Positions 7,954 to 16,650 of a stretch of DNA of 35,997 bases are shown here, one piece after another; the stretch's first letter is position 1; each line of letters begins with the position of its first letter. The DNA is taken from positions 1 through 35,997 of IMG/VR virus record IMGVR_UViG_3300025018_000324; one strand, written 5' to 3'. Both the position numbers and the translations under genes were made by a program. A model generated the notes under the pieces. It ran no database searches, had not been told where the DNA came from, and saw nothing but the letters and a program-made list of their open reading frames with translations. Source of the stretch: a virus. Its lineage: Duplodnaviria; Caudoviricetes.

Positions 7954-8586
7954 TTATTTAGCCTCACGGTCAACTGCCTCCTCAGGCGCGAGCGCCTGTT
8001 CGACGTACACGCCGCTCCAATATACGCCGGAACCGTCCCGGTCGGAATCTCCTGACCATTCGAGGACGAGCCCAGCGGCGGCGAACCGGGACGCAGTGCC
8101 TTCCCCCCAGACGCGATCGAGGGCGTCCAATACGTCCTCCTCCTCCTCGTCGAGGCTATCCTCAACACCGAAGTAGACGTAGGTGCCGTGGTTCTCCATC
8201 TTCGGCGCGTCGTCGCCGAGCAGCCGCCGGACTGCGTCGGCGACGGGCTCGGGCGCGGGCGCGGGATCGGGCACGGGATCGGGCACGGCCGTCGGTATGG
8301 GCGCGGGCGCGCCCGCCCGCACAACGCGTACGCCTAGCCAGTAGGCGCCCGTGCGCCCGTCGCGGTCGGAGTCCCCGGACCATTCGACCGCGAGCCCCGC
8401 GGCCGTGAACCGGTCCGCCGTACCGGCGCCCCAGACGCAATCGAGGGCGTCCAATACGTCCGGACCGGACTGGTTGTCCTGGACGCGGAAATAGGCCGCG
8501 TCCTCCGGGTAGTCGCCGAGTAGCGCGTCGTCGCCGAGCAGCCGCCGGATCGTGTCGCTTATCGTGGTCGTGGTCTCGTTCGTCAT
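7954..8586 (-). CDS. Acidic early protein with two tandem duplicated domains
   Basis: RRLLGDDA...DVLDALDxVWGxGTAxRFxAAGLxxEWSGDSDRDG occurs twice, joined by a Pro/Ala linker; ATG at 8586. Confidence 0.8.
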   Translation of the reverse strand: MTNETTTTISDTIRRLLGDDALLGDYPEDAAYFRVQDNQSGPDVLDALDCVWGAGTADRFTAAGLAVEWSGDSDRDGRTGAYWLGVRVVRAGAPAPIPTAVPDPVPDPAPAPEPVADAVRRLLGDDAPKMENHGTYVYFGVEDSLDEEEEDVLDALDRVWGEGTASRFAAAGLVLEWSGDSDRDGSGVYWSGVYVEQALAPEEAVDREAK

Positions 8587-8628
8587 GTCGTGGTTGTGGT
8601 TGTGGTCGGCACCAGCGCCGACAGCCAC

Positions 8629-8657
8629 ATCTTCGGCGGAACGCGGCGGAAGCGCAA
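8629..8657 (-). promoter_or_regulatory. Sigma70-like leftward promoter candidate
   Basis: TTGCGC-N17-GAAGAT on the minus strand; TTCCGCCG repeated with a 10-bp period across the spacer. Confidence 0.45.
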
Positions 8658-8841
8658 GCACCAAATGCCGCCCGAACGCAGAAAGGCCGAGGCAGCGGCG
8701 TATCTGCGGCAACTGTAAGGGGTTACGTCTGCCGAGAAAAGTCGGGAAGTTATTAAGCCGTGAGCGCGGGCGGGTTACGGACCTCGGTCAGCTGATGGCA
8801 CCTGCAGAGCGCGCAACTCATGGTAGAATAGGGACTTGCGT

Positions 8842-9207
8842 TCAGTTGGGACGGCCTGGAGACCACCCGGCGAGAGCCACCTCGACCGCGTCGCGGAAGC
8901 GCGGTGCTGTGCGCAGTCCGGCCTCAAGCTCGACGCCCAGCTCGAGCGCCCCGCCCAGCGACAAGCGCCGGTCGACGCGCGCCAGGCAAGCGGCGTGCGA
9001 AGGCCGCCGCTCGAGGAACAGGCTCGCTGCCGCGAGGCCCGCGCACAGGATCCCGACGGGCCAGGCCGCGAGCTGCGTCTCGGCGCGCGCAACGAGCACG
9101 GTGAACAGGCCCGCGAGCAAGCCGCCGAGGCTCGCCTCCACGAGCGCGTTCGCCAACCCGCCGCAGTACGCGAGCCGCGCGGCGCCGCTCGGGCTCAGTT
9201 GGCGCAC
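8842..9207 (-). pseudogene. 5' fragment of a bacterial-type membrane protein gene
   Basis: GAGGA-N7-GTG start, two TM segments, then RRPS...ARVDRRLSLGGAL; nearly all codons end in G/C; stop abuts the 29-bp site ending at 8840. Confidence 0.55.
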
Positions 9208-9217
9208 CAGGGCGTCC

Positions 9218-9312
9218 TCAACGCACGGTCGCTTCGAGCGAGCGGTCCGGCTCGTGTAGCGACGCGCGGAAGCGCTCCGGCAGCGACTCGAGCTGCACGT
9301 GCGGCGGAGGCG
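9218..9312 (-). pseudogene. 3' fragment of an upstream gene without its start
   Basis: APPPHVQLESLPERFRASLHEPDRSLEATVR-TGA with G/C-ending codons; the frame is closed upstream by a TAG inside the 9311-9339 site. Confidence 0.45.
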
Positions 9313-9357
9313 CAAGTGCCTATATATCAAGTGGTTATGTCACGGACGGCCTCTCCG

Positions 9358-9436
9358 CCTTTACTAAATCCTTAGCTAAATCCTTAGCTAAATCTAAGTT
9401 AACGGGGCCCGATTAGTAAAGGGTTTAGTAAAGGGT
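9358..9436. repeat. Two opposed AT-rich 12-bp tandem arrays
   Basis: (ctaaatccttag)x2 plus ctaaatctaag at 9364-9398; (ttagtaaagggt)x2 at 9413-9436; the units match about 9/12 as reverse complements. Confidence 0.85.
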
Positions 9437-9680
9437 TCGGACGACTGCCGGTCGCTCGCGCGATCCTCGCGGCTGCGGTCTATGCCGATGTTAGGTATCT
9501 TATCGCAATGGGCTAAGACGCCTAAACTGTGACCGGGGTCCCGGTCGTCGATAGCACCGATTACGATCTGCCGCAGCGCCGCCGAACCGTCCTGCTCGCA
9601 TCCATCGCCTAGCCGAAGTCCGAGAAGTGTCACTTGCACTAGTGCTAGTGTCTGATAATGTGCTCCAATAAGAGGCACTC

Positions 9681-11072
9681 ATGGCTCACACCTACGACTT
9701 ATCGAGCACGCTCTCGCCCAACTGGACCGCGATGTGGGACTTGGCTTGGTTCGGTATCCCCGCCAGCGACCCAAAGCCTGGGCCCGACTGGACTTACGGT
9801 AATTGGGACCTCGCAAATTTCCACGAGATTAACCCCGCGGCCTATCCGGGAGTTCCGTACGCCACGCACGACCCGGCCGCCTGTGCGCCCTACTACGGCT
9901 TCGGCGACCACCGCCAAGTCGCGAGCTACTTTCGCCCGCTCGTTGGGCCATATAGCTCCAGCGGCCAAGACGCGGAAAGTCGGGCGAAGCGCGACCTCGA
10001 CCTCGGGCTGTTGCGGCGTCCGTCGGACCCGCGAGCGCGACTCGACGCGTGGATTGTGGAATTGTACACACTCGGCTACACGTCGCAGGCCGGTTATGCG
10101 GGCGGAGACGCCGGTTACGACGCCGTTGCCGACTACCGGTGGCAGGCGCTGCTGTCGGCCATGGAGCGCGCTACAGCGGCAGGGCTGGCGTCCTGCGTGA
10201 CCGGCGCGCTAAATTTGAGCCGCGTATTTACCCCGCCCCAGACCCCGGACCCATATCCGACGACACAGGCCAAGATGGATGCCACCGTCGCCGACTTAGT
10301 CACCATCGTGGACGCTATCCTGGCGTCTGCCGCTGGCCTCCAGATCGGCGGTCGCGCGCTACTCTTCGTTTGGGTCGGAAACGACGTACTCTTTACTCCA
10401 GGGGAACTCGAGACCGTGTTCGAGACTGCCCGCACAACCACGGGGAATGATTTCTATGTGGTCGCGCCAAGAAACTCGGGCGCGACCACTCCGTTGGCGT
10501 GGGCCGATGGAATTCACCCATGGTCCGGAAACAACGAATGGGCGCTCGCTGTCGGGGGCACCACGCGGGCGAAATCCGCGGACTGGACCGCGAAGAGGCA
10601 CGACCCCTGGATCGCGCAATTGCCGAGCTACCCAGGGCGCGTCGTTATGGGGAGTGTGTTCCCAGGTTTCGAGGACTGGGCGAAAGGGTTTGGCCAAGAT
10701 TTGGACCGCGATATTCCTAGGTCCGAAGATTTGGTGCTCGGCCAATTTGATTACTTCGGCTCTGCCCCTGGCCTGACTGGCTATCTCGCCCAGACCTGGA
10801 ACGACTTCCCCGAGGGCTCGAATTGGGAGCCACACGTCTCGACGGCCGCCGCAGAGCTCGAGTGGTTGACGGAAGGGTTTGCGTCCCTGTTTGGCGAGTC
10901 CTTGGTGGCGGCCGAGACCGCTGCTTTACGCGCCATGTGGACGGGCTACGGCGTGTCGCGTGCTTGCACGCCGCCGAGCGCTGGCGGTGGCCCCAGGATG
11001 TCGGGCCCGCGGCACGAATCCCCCACCTACTCGCCGTCCAGAAATTCACCGACCGCTGGCAAAGGAGCCTAA
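9681..11072 (+). CDS. Glycoside hydrolase, GH71/GH99-like TIM barrel
   Basis: RPLVGPYSS, GRALLFVW, SVFPGFED, QTWNDFPEGSNWEP motifs; GAGG RBS. Confidence 0.7.
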   Translation: MAHTYDLSSTLSPNWTAMWDLAWFGIPASDPKPGPDWTYGNWDLANFHEINPAAYPGVPYATHDPAACAPYYGFGDHRQVASYFRPLVGPYSSSGQDAESRAKRDLDLGLLRRPSDPRARLDAWIVELYTLGYTSQAGYAGGDAGYDAVADYRWQALLSAMERATAAGLASCVTGALNLSRVFTPPQTPDPYPTTQAKMDATVADLVTIVDAILASAAGLQIGGRALLFVWVGNDVLFTPGELETVFETARTTTGNDFYVVAPRNSGATTPLAWADGIHPWSGNNEWALAVGGTTRAKSADWTAKRHDPWIAQLPSYPGRVVMGSVFPGFEDWAKGFGQDLDRDIPRSEDLVLGQFDYFGSAPGLTGYLAQTWNDFPEGSNWEPHVSTAAAELEWLTEGFASLFGESLVAAETAALRAMWTGYGVSRACTPPSAGGGPRMSGPRHESPTYSPSRNSPTAGKGA

Positions 11073-11500
11073 TGGAACTCGCGCACGTAACGCTAATGGA
11101 GGGGGAAACTCTGTGGTTGGTCGCTCGCCCGACGACGCCGGCCAACGCCACGCTATACCGGGCGCAGGTGTCGGCGGCCACGCTGCAGCTTTTCGGCCCC
11201 GACTCGGACACCGCGCTAGTCACGCGCACGCTCGCGCTGACGGCCGACCCTGGCTCTGCGGACTACGCCCAATGTATGTTTTCTGCGCTCCAGACTGACG
11301 AGTGGTGGGGCCTGGGTGGGGGCTACACGTTTTGGACCCTTTTGCGCCCGTCGGATTACCCGATGCAGGGCGGGCAGGTCTACCGCGTCGAGGTCTCCCT
11401 ATCCGCCGGGCACACTACGCCAACATGGCCACTAATTGACGACTACGGCGACATTAAGCTCCTATGGGTGGTTGCCGTTAAATCGGCGGTGAGCGCTTGA
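11072..11500 (+). CDS. Beta-rich hypothetical protein, possible virion attachment/Ig-like domain
   Basis: AAGGAG RBS and TAATG overlap at 11072; MELAHVTLMEGET...GQVYRVEVSL. Confidence 0.65.
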   Translation: MELAHVTLMEGETLWLVARPTTPANATLYRAQVSAATLQLFGPDSDTALVTRTLALTADPGSADYAQCMFSALQTDEWWGLGGGYTFWTLLRPSDYPMQGGQVYRVEVSLSAGHTTPTWPLIDDYGDIKLLWVVAVKSAVSA

Positions 11501-11916
11501 AGCCAAGCCCCAAGGCCGCGCTCGCCATATTCCGGTCGCTGCTCGAGAAAGACGACTATGAGGGCTGGAAGCGCGTGGTTGTCTCGACGATACAGATCGC
11601 GCTTGCGGACGGGTTCTTGCGCGCGAACAACGGCTCGATCGTTCTGGACGCGATGACCGGGCAGCCTATCTTCGACGAGGCCCGGCTGCACCCCGATTGT
11701 GCTCGGGCCCAAGCCGCAATCCGCGACTATATGCTCGGCAAGCCGCAAGAGAACGTCGCGCTAGAAGTCTCTAACAGGACCACGATCGAGCCCACCCCAG
11801 AGGCCCTCGCCCTCATGGGGCTGCGCATGGCCAAGTTCTCCCGCGAGCGCGATGACGGGACGACCGAGCTAGTGGAGGTCACCGCCATAACCCCGGGGGG
11901 CGGGGATGGCGTCTGA
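11497..11916 (+). CDS. terS: Probable terminase small subunit
   Basis: 139 aa helical protein directly upstream of TerL; IRDYMLGKP motif. Confidence 0.6.
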   Translation: MKPSPKAALAIFRSLLEKDDYEGWKRVVVSTIQIALADGFLRANNGSIVLDAMTGQPIFDEARLHPDCARAQAAIRDYMLGKPQENVALEVSNRTTIEPTPEALALMGLRMAKFSRERDDGTTELVEVTAITPGGGDGV

Positions 11917-13489
11917 ATCACCTCCCATGGAGGTGAAGATCCGCCTCTCGGCAAACGCCGCGCGGCTGATGCGCTCGCGGGCACCGGCGATTCTGTACGA
12001 GGGGCCTGCTCGCACGGGCAAGTCGTTCACGCTTGTAACCTACGCTCGGCTTCTCTGTGAGTGGTTTCCGGGCGTCAAGATACTTTTTGTGCGACAGACG
12101 CGGAAGAGCCTGAACCACTCGATTCTTACGCTGTGGGAAGATGTCCTCGGTCCCGATCACCCTGCGATCAAACCGCCGAAGACCACGCGAAACCGTGATG
12201 AATACTGCTTCCCTTACGCAGAGCAAGAGATCGACGGGGCCCAATATCGCGGCGTCTCTGAGGTCCACCTGATCGGGATGGACAATCCGGAACGGCTGAT
12301 GAGTACGGAATATGACGTCATATTCGTATTCGAGGCCACCGAGTTGACCCTCAGGGCTTGGTCACTCGCGCAATCGCGCTTGTCGCGCGGACACCTTCCG
12401 TGGAACTTCATGGTGGCCGACTGCAACCCGGCTTCGGCGACGCATTGGCTTAACCTCATGGCGGATGAGCGGGCTATGATCGGCGACGCCGAGACGGACC
12501 GGCCCAAGATGCTGCGGATTCGCACGAAACTACAGGATAACCCCAAGTTCTGGGACGCGTCTCGCGGCGCCTGGACTCCTCAGGGCAACGCCTACAACCG
12601 AGTCCTGGACAACCTCCCACCCGTGGAACGCGCACGGCTCCGCGACGGGCTCTGGGTGTCCCAATCCGGGCAGGTATATGCAAATTGGGACCCCGACAAG
12701 CACGTCGTCCAGGGTAAGCTCGAGCTGCGGGACGTCCATGGCACAAAGCGTTGGTGGCTCACGGCCCTCGATCTGCAGGGTCTCGAGCGCGTGTTCGCGG
12801 ACCGCCGCGTTGCCTGGTTCGGGATTGCTGTCGACTGGGGGTATCTTCCGGACCCCGGATCGGCCGCGCTCTACGCCTTCGACGACCGCGGAAGGGCCTT
12901 CGTTTGCGAGGAGTGGCACGTCACCAAGAAAGGGTTAGACTGGTGGGCTCAGAAGATCTTGTGGTGGCAAAAAAAGTACGACGTACGGGCGATTGTCTGC
13001 GATACGCCGCAAGAAAAGGTAGATGCGCTGAACGTGATGCTGCATGGAAAGCTGAACAGCCAGGGCGATCCGATTGCGCAGGTTGCGAAGAAAGGGCCCG
13101 GTTCGATCATGGCTGGAATCGACATCGTGCGTTTTGCTCTCGACGACGACGAAGAGGGCGAGCCCCGGCTTCGCTACCTCGCTACCGCCTCCCAGATGGA
13201 GGACCCGTATCTCCGCGAGGTTATGGCCCCGACTGGCGGTGTAAAAGAATACCCTGGTTACATCTATGCGCCTCGCGAGGACGGGAGGCCGAACAAGGAG
13301 CTTCCCGTCGACCGGAACAATCATGCCCTCGACCGCGATCGCTACATGGCGACCTACGCTTGGGGCAACGCCCACAAAGCAAGAGTCGAGCCCGCCGAGC
13401 CGCCTACTCCGCTCGACATCGACATCGAGTTTGACCTCGCTCAACTTCGGCGCGATCAGCGCCAGAAATCCCGGAGACCCAGAGTATGA
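11906..13489 (+). CDS. terL: Terminase large subunit
   Basis: Walker A GPARTGKS, Walker B VIFVFEATE, DCNP, DNP, nuclease VDWG and NNHALDRDRY. Confidence 0.95.
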   Translation: MASESPPMEVKIRLSANAARLMRSRAPAILYEGPARTGKSFTLVTYARLLCEWFPGVKILFVRQTRKSLNHSILTLWEDVLGPDHPAIKPPKTTRNRDEYCFPYAEQEIDGAQYRGVSEVHLIGMDNPERLMSTEYDVIFVFEATELTLRAWSLAQSRLSRGHLPWNFMVADCNPASATHWLNLMADERAMIGDAETDRPKMLRIRTKLQDNPKFWDASRGAWTPQGNAYNRVLDNLPPVERARLRDGLWVSQSGQVYANWDPDKHVVQGKLELRDVHGTKRWWLTALDLQGLERVFADRRVAWFGIAVDWGYLPDPGSAALYAFDDRGRAFVCEEWHVTKKGLDWWAQKILWWQKKYDVRAIVCDTPQEKVDALNVMLHGKLNSQGDPIAQVAKKGPGSIMAGIDIVRFALDDDEEGEPRLRYLATASQMEDPYLREVMAPTGGVKEYPGYIYAPREDGRPNKELPVDRNNHALDRDRYMATYAWGNAHKARVEPAEPPTPLDIDIEFDLAQLRRDQRQKSRRPRV

Positions 13490-15288
13490 AGCCCTTCTAT
13501 GACAGTGCCGTTAACCGCTGGGAAGCGATGATTCGCGACCAGAACGCCGACTCGGCGGGAAGGAGCCGCCTCAAAGATGTCCAGTTCTCGCTTGAGTCAC
13601 TCGATCGAGCGCCGACCAACACGGTGTGGGAATACATCACTCTGATGCTGCCCCAACTTGTATGGACTAACCCAGCGATCTCAGTGTCCTCGTACATCCC
13701 AGGTCGAGCCCGATATAACACGGTCGGGCAAAAGTATGCCCTCGAGGCGCTCATGAGGCAACAGGGGTGGGCCCGTATTTGGGCGCAGGTCTTCTGCGAT
13801 GCCCTGGCTTGGCGTGGCGTCACGATGGTAACCACCGAGCGCAACCTTGCGCCTCGGTATATGGACGGACTCGACCTCGTCGACTGGGAGGGGAAGAAAC
13901 GTCGAGTGGAGTCCAAGACCACAATGCTTTCGATTCCGAAACTGGTATACATCCACCCCGAGGACTTTTTCATCGACTCCGAGGTGCGGACGCGCGACCA
14001 GGCTCGTCGCATGGGGCACCGCTGGACGGACTCGCGCGCGCGTCTCCTGAGGCTGGCCGAGGATGATAAGACGTGGAACCGCGACGCGATTAGAGGCGCT
14101 CAAAAGGGCAGCGCCCTGGATGACGACCTGGTAGTCCTTGAGCAAATGTACGTCCCCAACTACTTCGACCCCGTTGCCCTCGACGCCTACGACGGCGACG
14201 AGAAGCCTGGCGAGGACGAGCTGCACCATGGGACGCTCTACACGATGATCAAGGGCTCGAGCGGTGGCATCGATGCCCAGTCTCCTCGCGTCTACCGCGG
14301 CCCAGCGAGTGGTCCGTACGAGCTGTACGAGTGCATCCCTCAGCCAGGGAAAAGGGTCAATGGGGCTCCCCTCGGCGTCTGCTGGCCCCAGATCGACCTC
14401 GATGGCCGGGTCGGCGAGGCACTCAACCGTTCCGGCGAGTCCTATAAGCGGCAGGTGATCGCCACGGCAGCTATTGCCGAGGCGTTGATCAATAACGAAA
14501 ACGACGCTGTGGTGAGCGTCAACATCGCCTCGGAGGCGATGCAGGGCGGCATCCGCGAGATCGAGGTCGGGGGCCCATCAGAGCAGCTGATTCGCGCGTA
14601 CGCGATGACGCGAGACAGCCTCAACCGGACGCTCGGCCTCTCGGACTCACAGCGAGGTTTCGCCCAGAAGGACACGACGGCCACCGCCGAGAGTATCGCG
14701 GACAAGTCGATGGACGTGAAAATCGCCGGCATCCGTGCCCCACTACACGCGTCAGCCGAGCGTCAGATCGCGGTGGCCAACTGGCACATCGAGCACGACG
14801 ATGAGTTCCTGATCGCGTTGCCGGACGAAGCGCGCATCAGGGGCCTGGAGATGCTGCAGGAGGGCGGCTTGCCCCTCACGGACGAAATGATGCGTGAAGA
14901 CGACGGGGCTATCACGATCTGGCAGGGAGGCGACGCCCTCAAGGAAGCACCGATCAGCCCGTTTGACGCCCAGACTGTCCGCATCGAGGCCATGACCATG
15001 GAGCGAACCAGCGAGGCTATGCAGCAGCGGCGAGCACTCCAATCCGCGGAGCTAACGGGCAAGGCCCTCGAGATGCTCGCCATGAACCCAGGGTTCGATG
15101 CCCGTGGCTGGCTCGAGGACATGGGACAGCGCATGAACCTTCCCGGCCTCGGCAAGTACTTGCCGAGCAAACCGCAGCCAGGAGCCCCAGGAGCCCCAGG
15201 AGCCCCAGGAGCCCCAGTTAGCGACCCAGGGCCAGGAGGCTTCCCTGGGAACCAAAGCGGCGCCATGGCGGCGCAGGGGGCCATTTAG
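13486..15288 (+). CDS. Portal protein
   Basis: 600 aa after TerL; IHPEDFFID, LGLSDSQRG...TTATAE motif typical of podovirus portals. Confidence 0.85.
   Translation: MKPFYDSAVNRWEAMIRDQNADSAGRSRLKDVQFSLESLDRAPTNTVWEYITLMLPQLVWTNPAISVSSYIPGRARYNTVGQKYALEALMRQQGWARIWAQVFCDALAWRGVTMVTTERNLAPRYMDGLDLVDWEGKKRRVESKTTMLSIPKLVYIHPEDFFIDSEVRTRDQARRMGHRWTDSRARLLRLAEDDKTWNRDAIRGAQKGSALDDDLVVLEQMYVPNYFDPVALDAYDGDEKPGEDELHHGTLYTMIKGSSGGIDAQSPRVYRGPASGPYELYECIPQPGKRVNGAPLGVCWPQIDLDGRVGEALNRSGESYKRQVIATAAIAEALINNENDAVVSVNIASEAMQGGIREIEVGGPSEQLIRAYAMTRDSLNRTLGLSDSQRGFAQKDTTATAESIADKSMDVKIAGIRAPLHASAERQIAVANWHIEHDDEFLIALPDEARIRGLEMLQEGGLPLTDEMMREDDGAITIWQGGDALKEAPISPFDAQTVRIEAMTMERTSEAMQQRRALQSAELTGKALEMLAMNPGFDARGWLEDMGQRMNLPGLGKYLPSKPQPGAPGAPGAPGAPVSDPGPGGFPGNQSGAMAAQGAI
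15178..15217 (+). repeat. 9-bp tandem repeat (ccaggagcc)x4
   Basis: Encodes PGAPGAPGAP in the portal C-terminal tail. Confidence 0.9.
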
Positions 15289-15627
15289 GTGGTGCTCTAC
15301 GACTTCGAGGGCGAGGACGGCCAGAGCGAGACGCTTGCGTATCCGATGGGGGCTTCTCCACCGATTGGCGCGACCATCACGCACGAAGGCCGCAGGTTAA
15401 CTCGCGTCGCCTCCAGAATGCAGGCGCCAATCGTCCGGGCAAGTGTGGCCCACGTCTCCCGGATTCTCCCAACATGGCAGCCGGGGGCCAGCGCCTACAC
15501 AAAGGAAGGCTACGCAATCATCGAATCCCAGGCCGATATCGACCGGATCGAGAAGGCGAATCCAGGCATGCACTGGTCCCGCGACGTATTTGACGAGCCC
15601 GAGGCGAACGCTCAGGGCAACGACTAA
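15289..15627 (+). CDS. FmdB-like small protein lacking zinc-ribbon cysteines
   Basis: LYDFEGEDG...E...M start pattern; located between portal and scaffold. Confidence 0.55.
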   Translation: MVLYDFEGEDGQSETLAYPMGASPPIGATITHEGRRLTRVASRMQAPIVRASVAHVSRILPTWQPGASAYTKEGYAIIESQADIDRIEKANPGMHWSRDVFDEPEANAQGND

Positions 15628-15647
15628 CCCCGAGGCATAGGAACAAC

Positions 15648-16604
15648 ATGAGCGACACCCAAGAGCCCCCGACCCCCGAAGAGACGTTCAACGCGCACTT
15701 TGACACCGCGTGGAATCGCAGTATGGGGGGCGCCGAGGAACCGGCAGAGGAAGAAAATCGGGCAGAAGAATCCGGCGGTTTTTCAGGAAATCCGCTGGAC
15801 GCGGCGTCTGATAATGTGCAGGATGCGGGCGTTGAAAACCCTGGCGTGTTCGATCCGAAGTCGATGGCGACTGCCTACGACGAGATCCACCGCGCCGGCC
15901 TCGACTCCCTCCTCGCGGGTAAGGGCGAGGCTGAGATCCTCGCGTTCGGCAAGGAGCTTGGGGTAGCCCGAGCGCAACGCGACCGCGAGTTCTCTGCGAG
16001 GCAGACTCAAAAGCCCGCCCACGGTGGCAATTTGGGGGCTGCTGTGGACCCTGTGGACGCCGAGGCACCCGATGGCGACGGTGCTTCAGCTGAAGCGGGT
16101 TCCTCCGCAGAGCTTCCAGACTTTACCCCACTGGTGGAAGAGTTCGGAGAAGACGCCGCCCGTCCGATTATCGACGCCATCGAGGCGCTCTCCCGCGACA
16201 ACGCGGCGCTGCGATCTCGGTTTGAGGCCCAGGAGCAGGAGCGCCAACTCGCTCCGGTTCTCAAGCAGGCCGAGATGATCTTGGACGGTCTGGTGCGATC
16301 GCACCAGGATCTTTCCAAACCCGAATCTCGTGAAAAGGTGATTGTGGCCGCCAACAAGCTGGCGCTCGCATATCCGGAGAAGTACGGCGCCCTCCCCATC
16401 GGCGAGGAGCGCTTGTCCGCAATCCTGAAGGATGCAGCCCTGCTAGAACTCGGCCCAGCCACCTCGAGCGAGAAGCCCGCCACCCCGCGTCGAAAGGCTC
16501 AGGCGCCCGCTGGAAACAGCAACCGAACTACGACCCCAAAAGGAAGCACCCTAAATGATGGGTTTGACCGTGCATGGGAGAAAAACTTCGGCCGCGGCAC
16601 CTGA
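15648..16604 (+). CDS. Probable capsid scaffolding protein
   Basis: Acidic, disordered/coiled 318 aa directly before the capsid gene; F-D-x-A-W motif at both termini. Confidence 0.75.
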   Translation: MSDTQEPPTPEETFNAHFDTAWNRSMGGAEEPAEEENRAEESGGFSGNPLDAASDNVQDAGVENPGVFDPKSMATAYDEIHRAGLDSLLAGKGEAEILAFGKELGVARAQRDREFSARQTQKPAHGGNLGAAVDPVDAEAPDGDGASAEAGSSAELPDFTPLVEEFGEDAARPIIDAIEALSRDNAALRSRFEAQEQERQLAPVLKQAEMILDGLVRSHQDLSKPESREKVIVAANKLALAYPEKYGALPIGEERLSAILKDAALLELGPATSSEKPATPRRKAQAPAGNSNRTTTPKGSTLNDGFDRAWEKNFGRGT

Positions 16605-16650
16605 GGCTCAAGGCCGTGGGCGGGATCACTTTCTACCACATAGGTAACAC

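Larger units (their letters stand above)
8699..9339. repeat. Four related ~29-bp semi-palindromic sites (8699-8727, 8751-8779, 8812-8840, 9311-9339)
   Basis: CGYAA-like left arms and TTRYG right arms; the 9311 site contains TATCAAGTGGTTA, an exact match to the IHF consensus WATCAANNNNTTR. Confidence 0.6.

Noticed and set aside
8040-8550. DGR template/variable repeat pair
   Set aside because: Both copies lie in frame in one ORF, differences are not confined to adenines, and no reverse transcriptase is present.
8812-9339. IS/MITE or Mu-type ends around the host-like fragment
   Set aside because: No transposase, no TG...CA ends and no evident target duplication; the sites also do not match the canonical E. 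coli dif sequence.
9358-9436. Mini CRISPR array
   Set aside because: The 12-bp units are directly adjacent with no spacers, and no cas genes are seen.
11014-11056. RNA polymerase II CTD-like heptads (SPTYSPS)
   Set aside because: Only one partial match in a Ser/Pro-rich tail; likely chance.
15178-15217. Link between the portal 9-bp repeat and the 35283-35331 repeat
   Set aside because: Units differ (ccaggagcc vs ccagaggcc) and both simply encode Pro/Ala linkers; independent slippage suffices.
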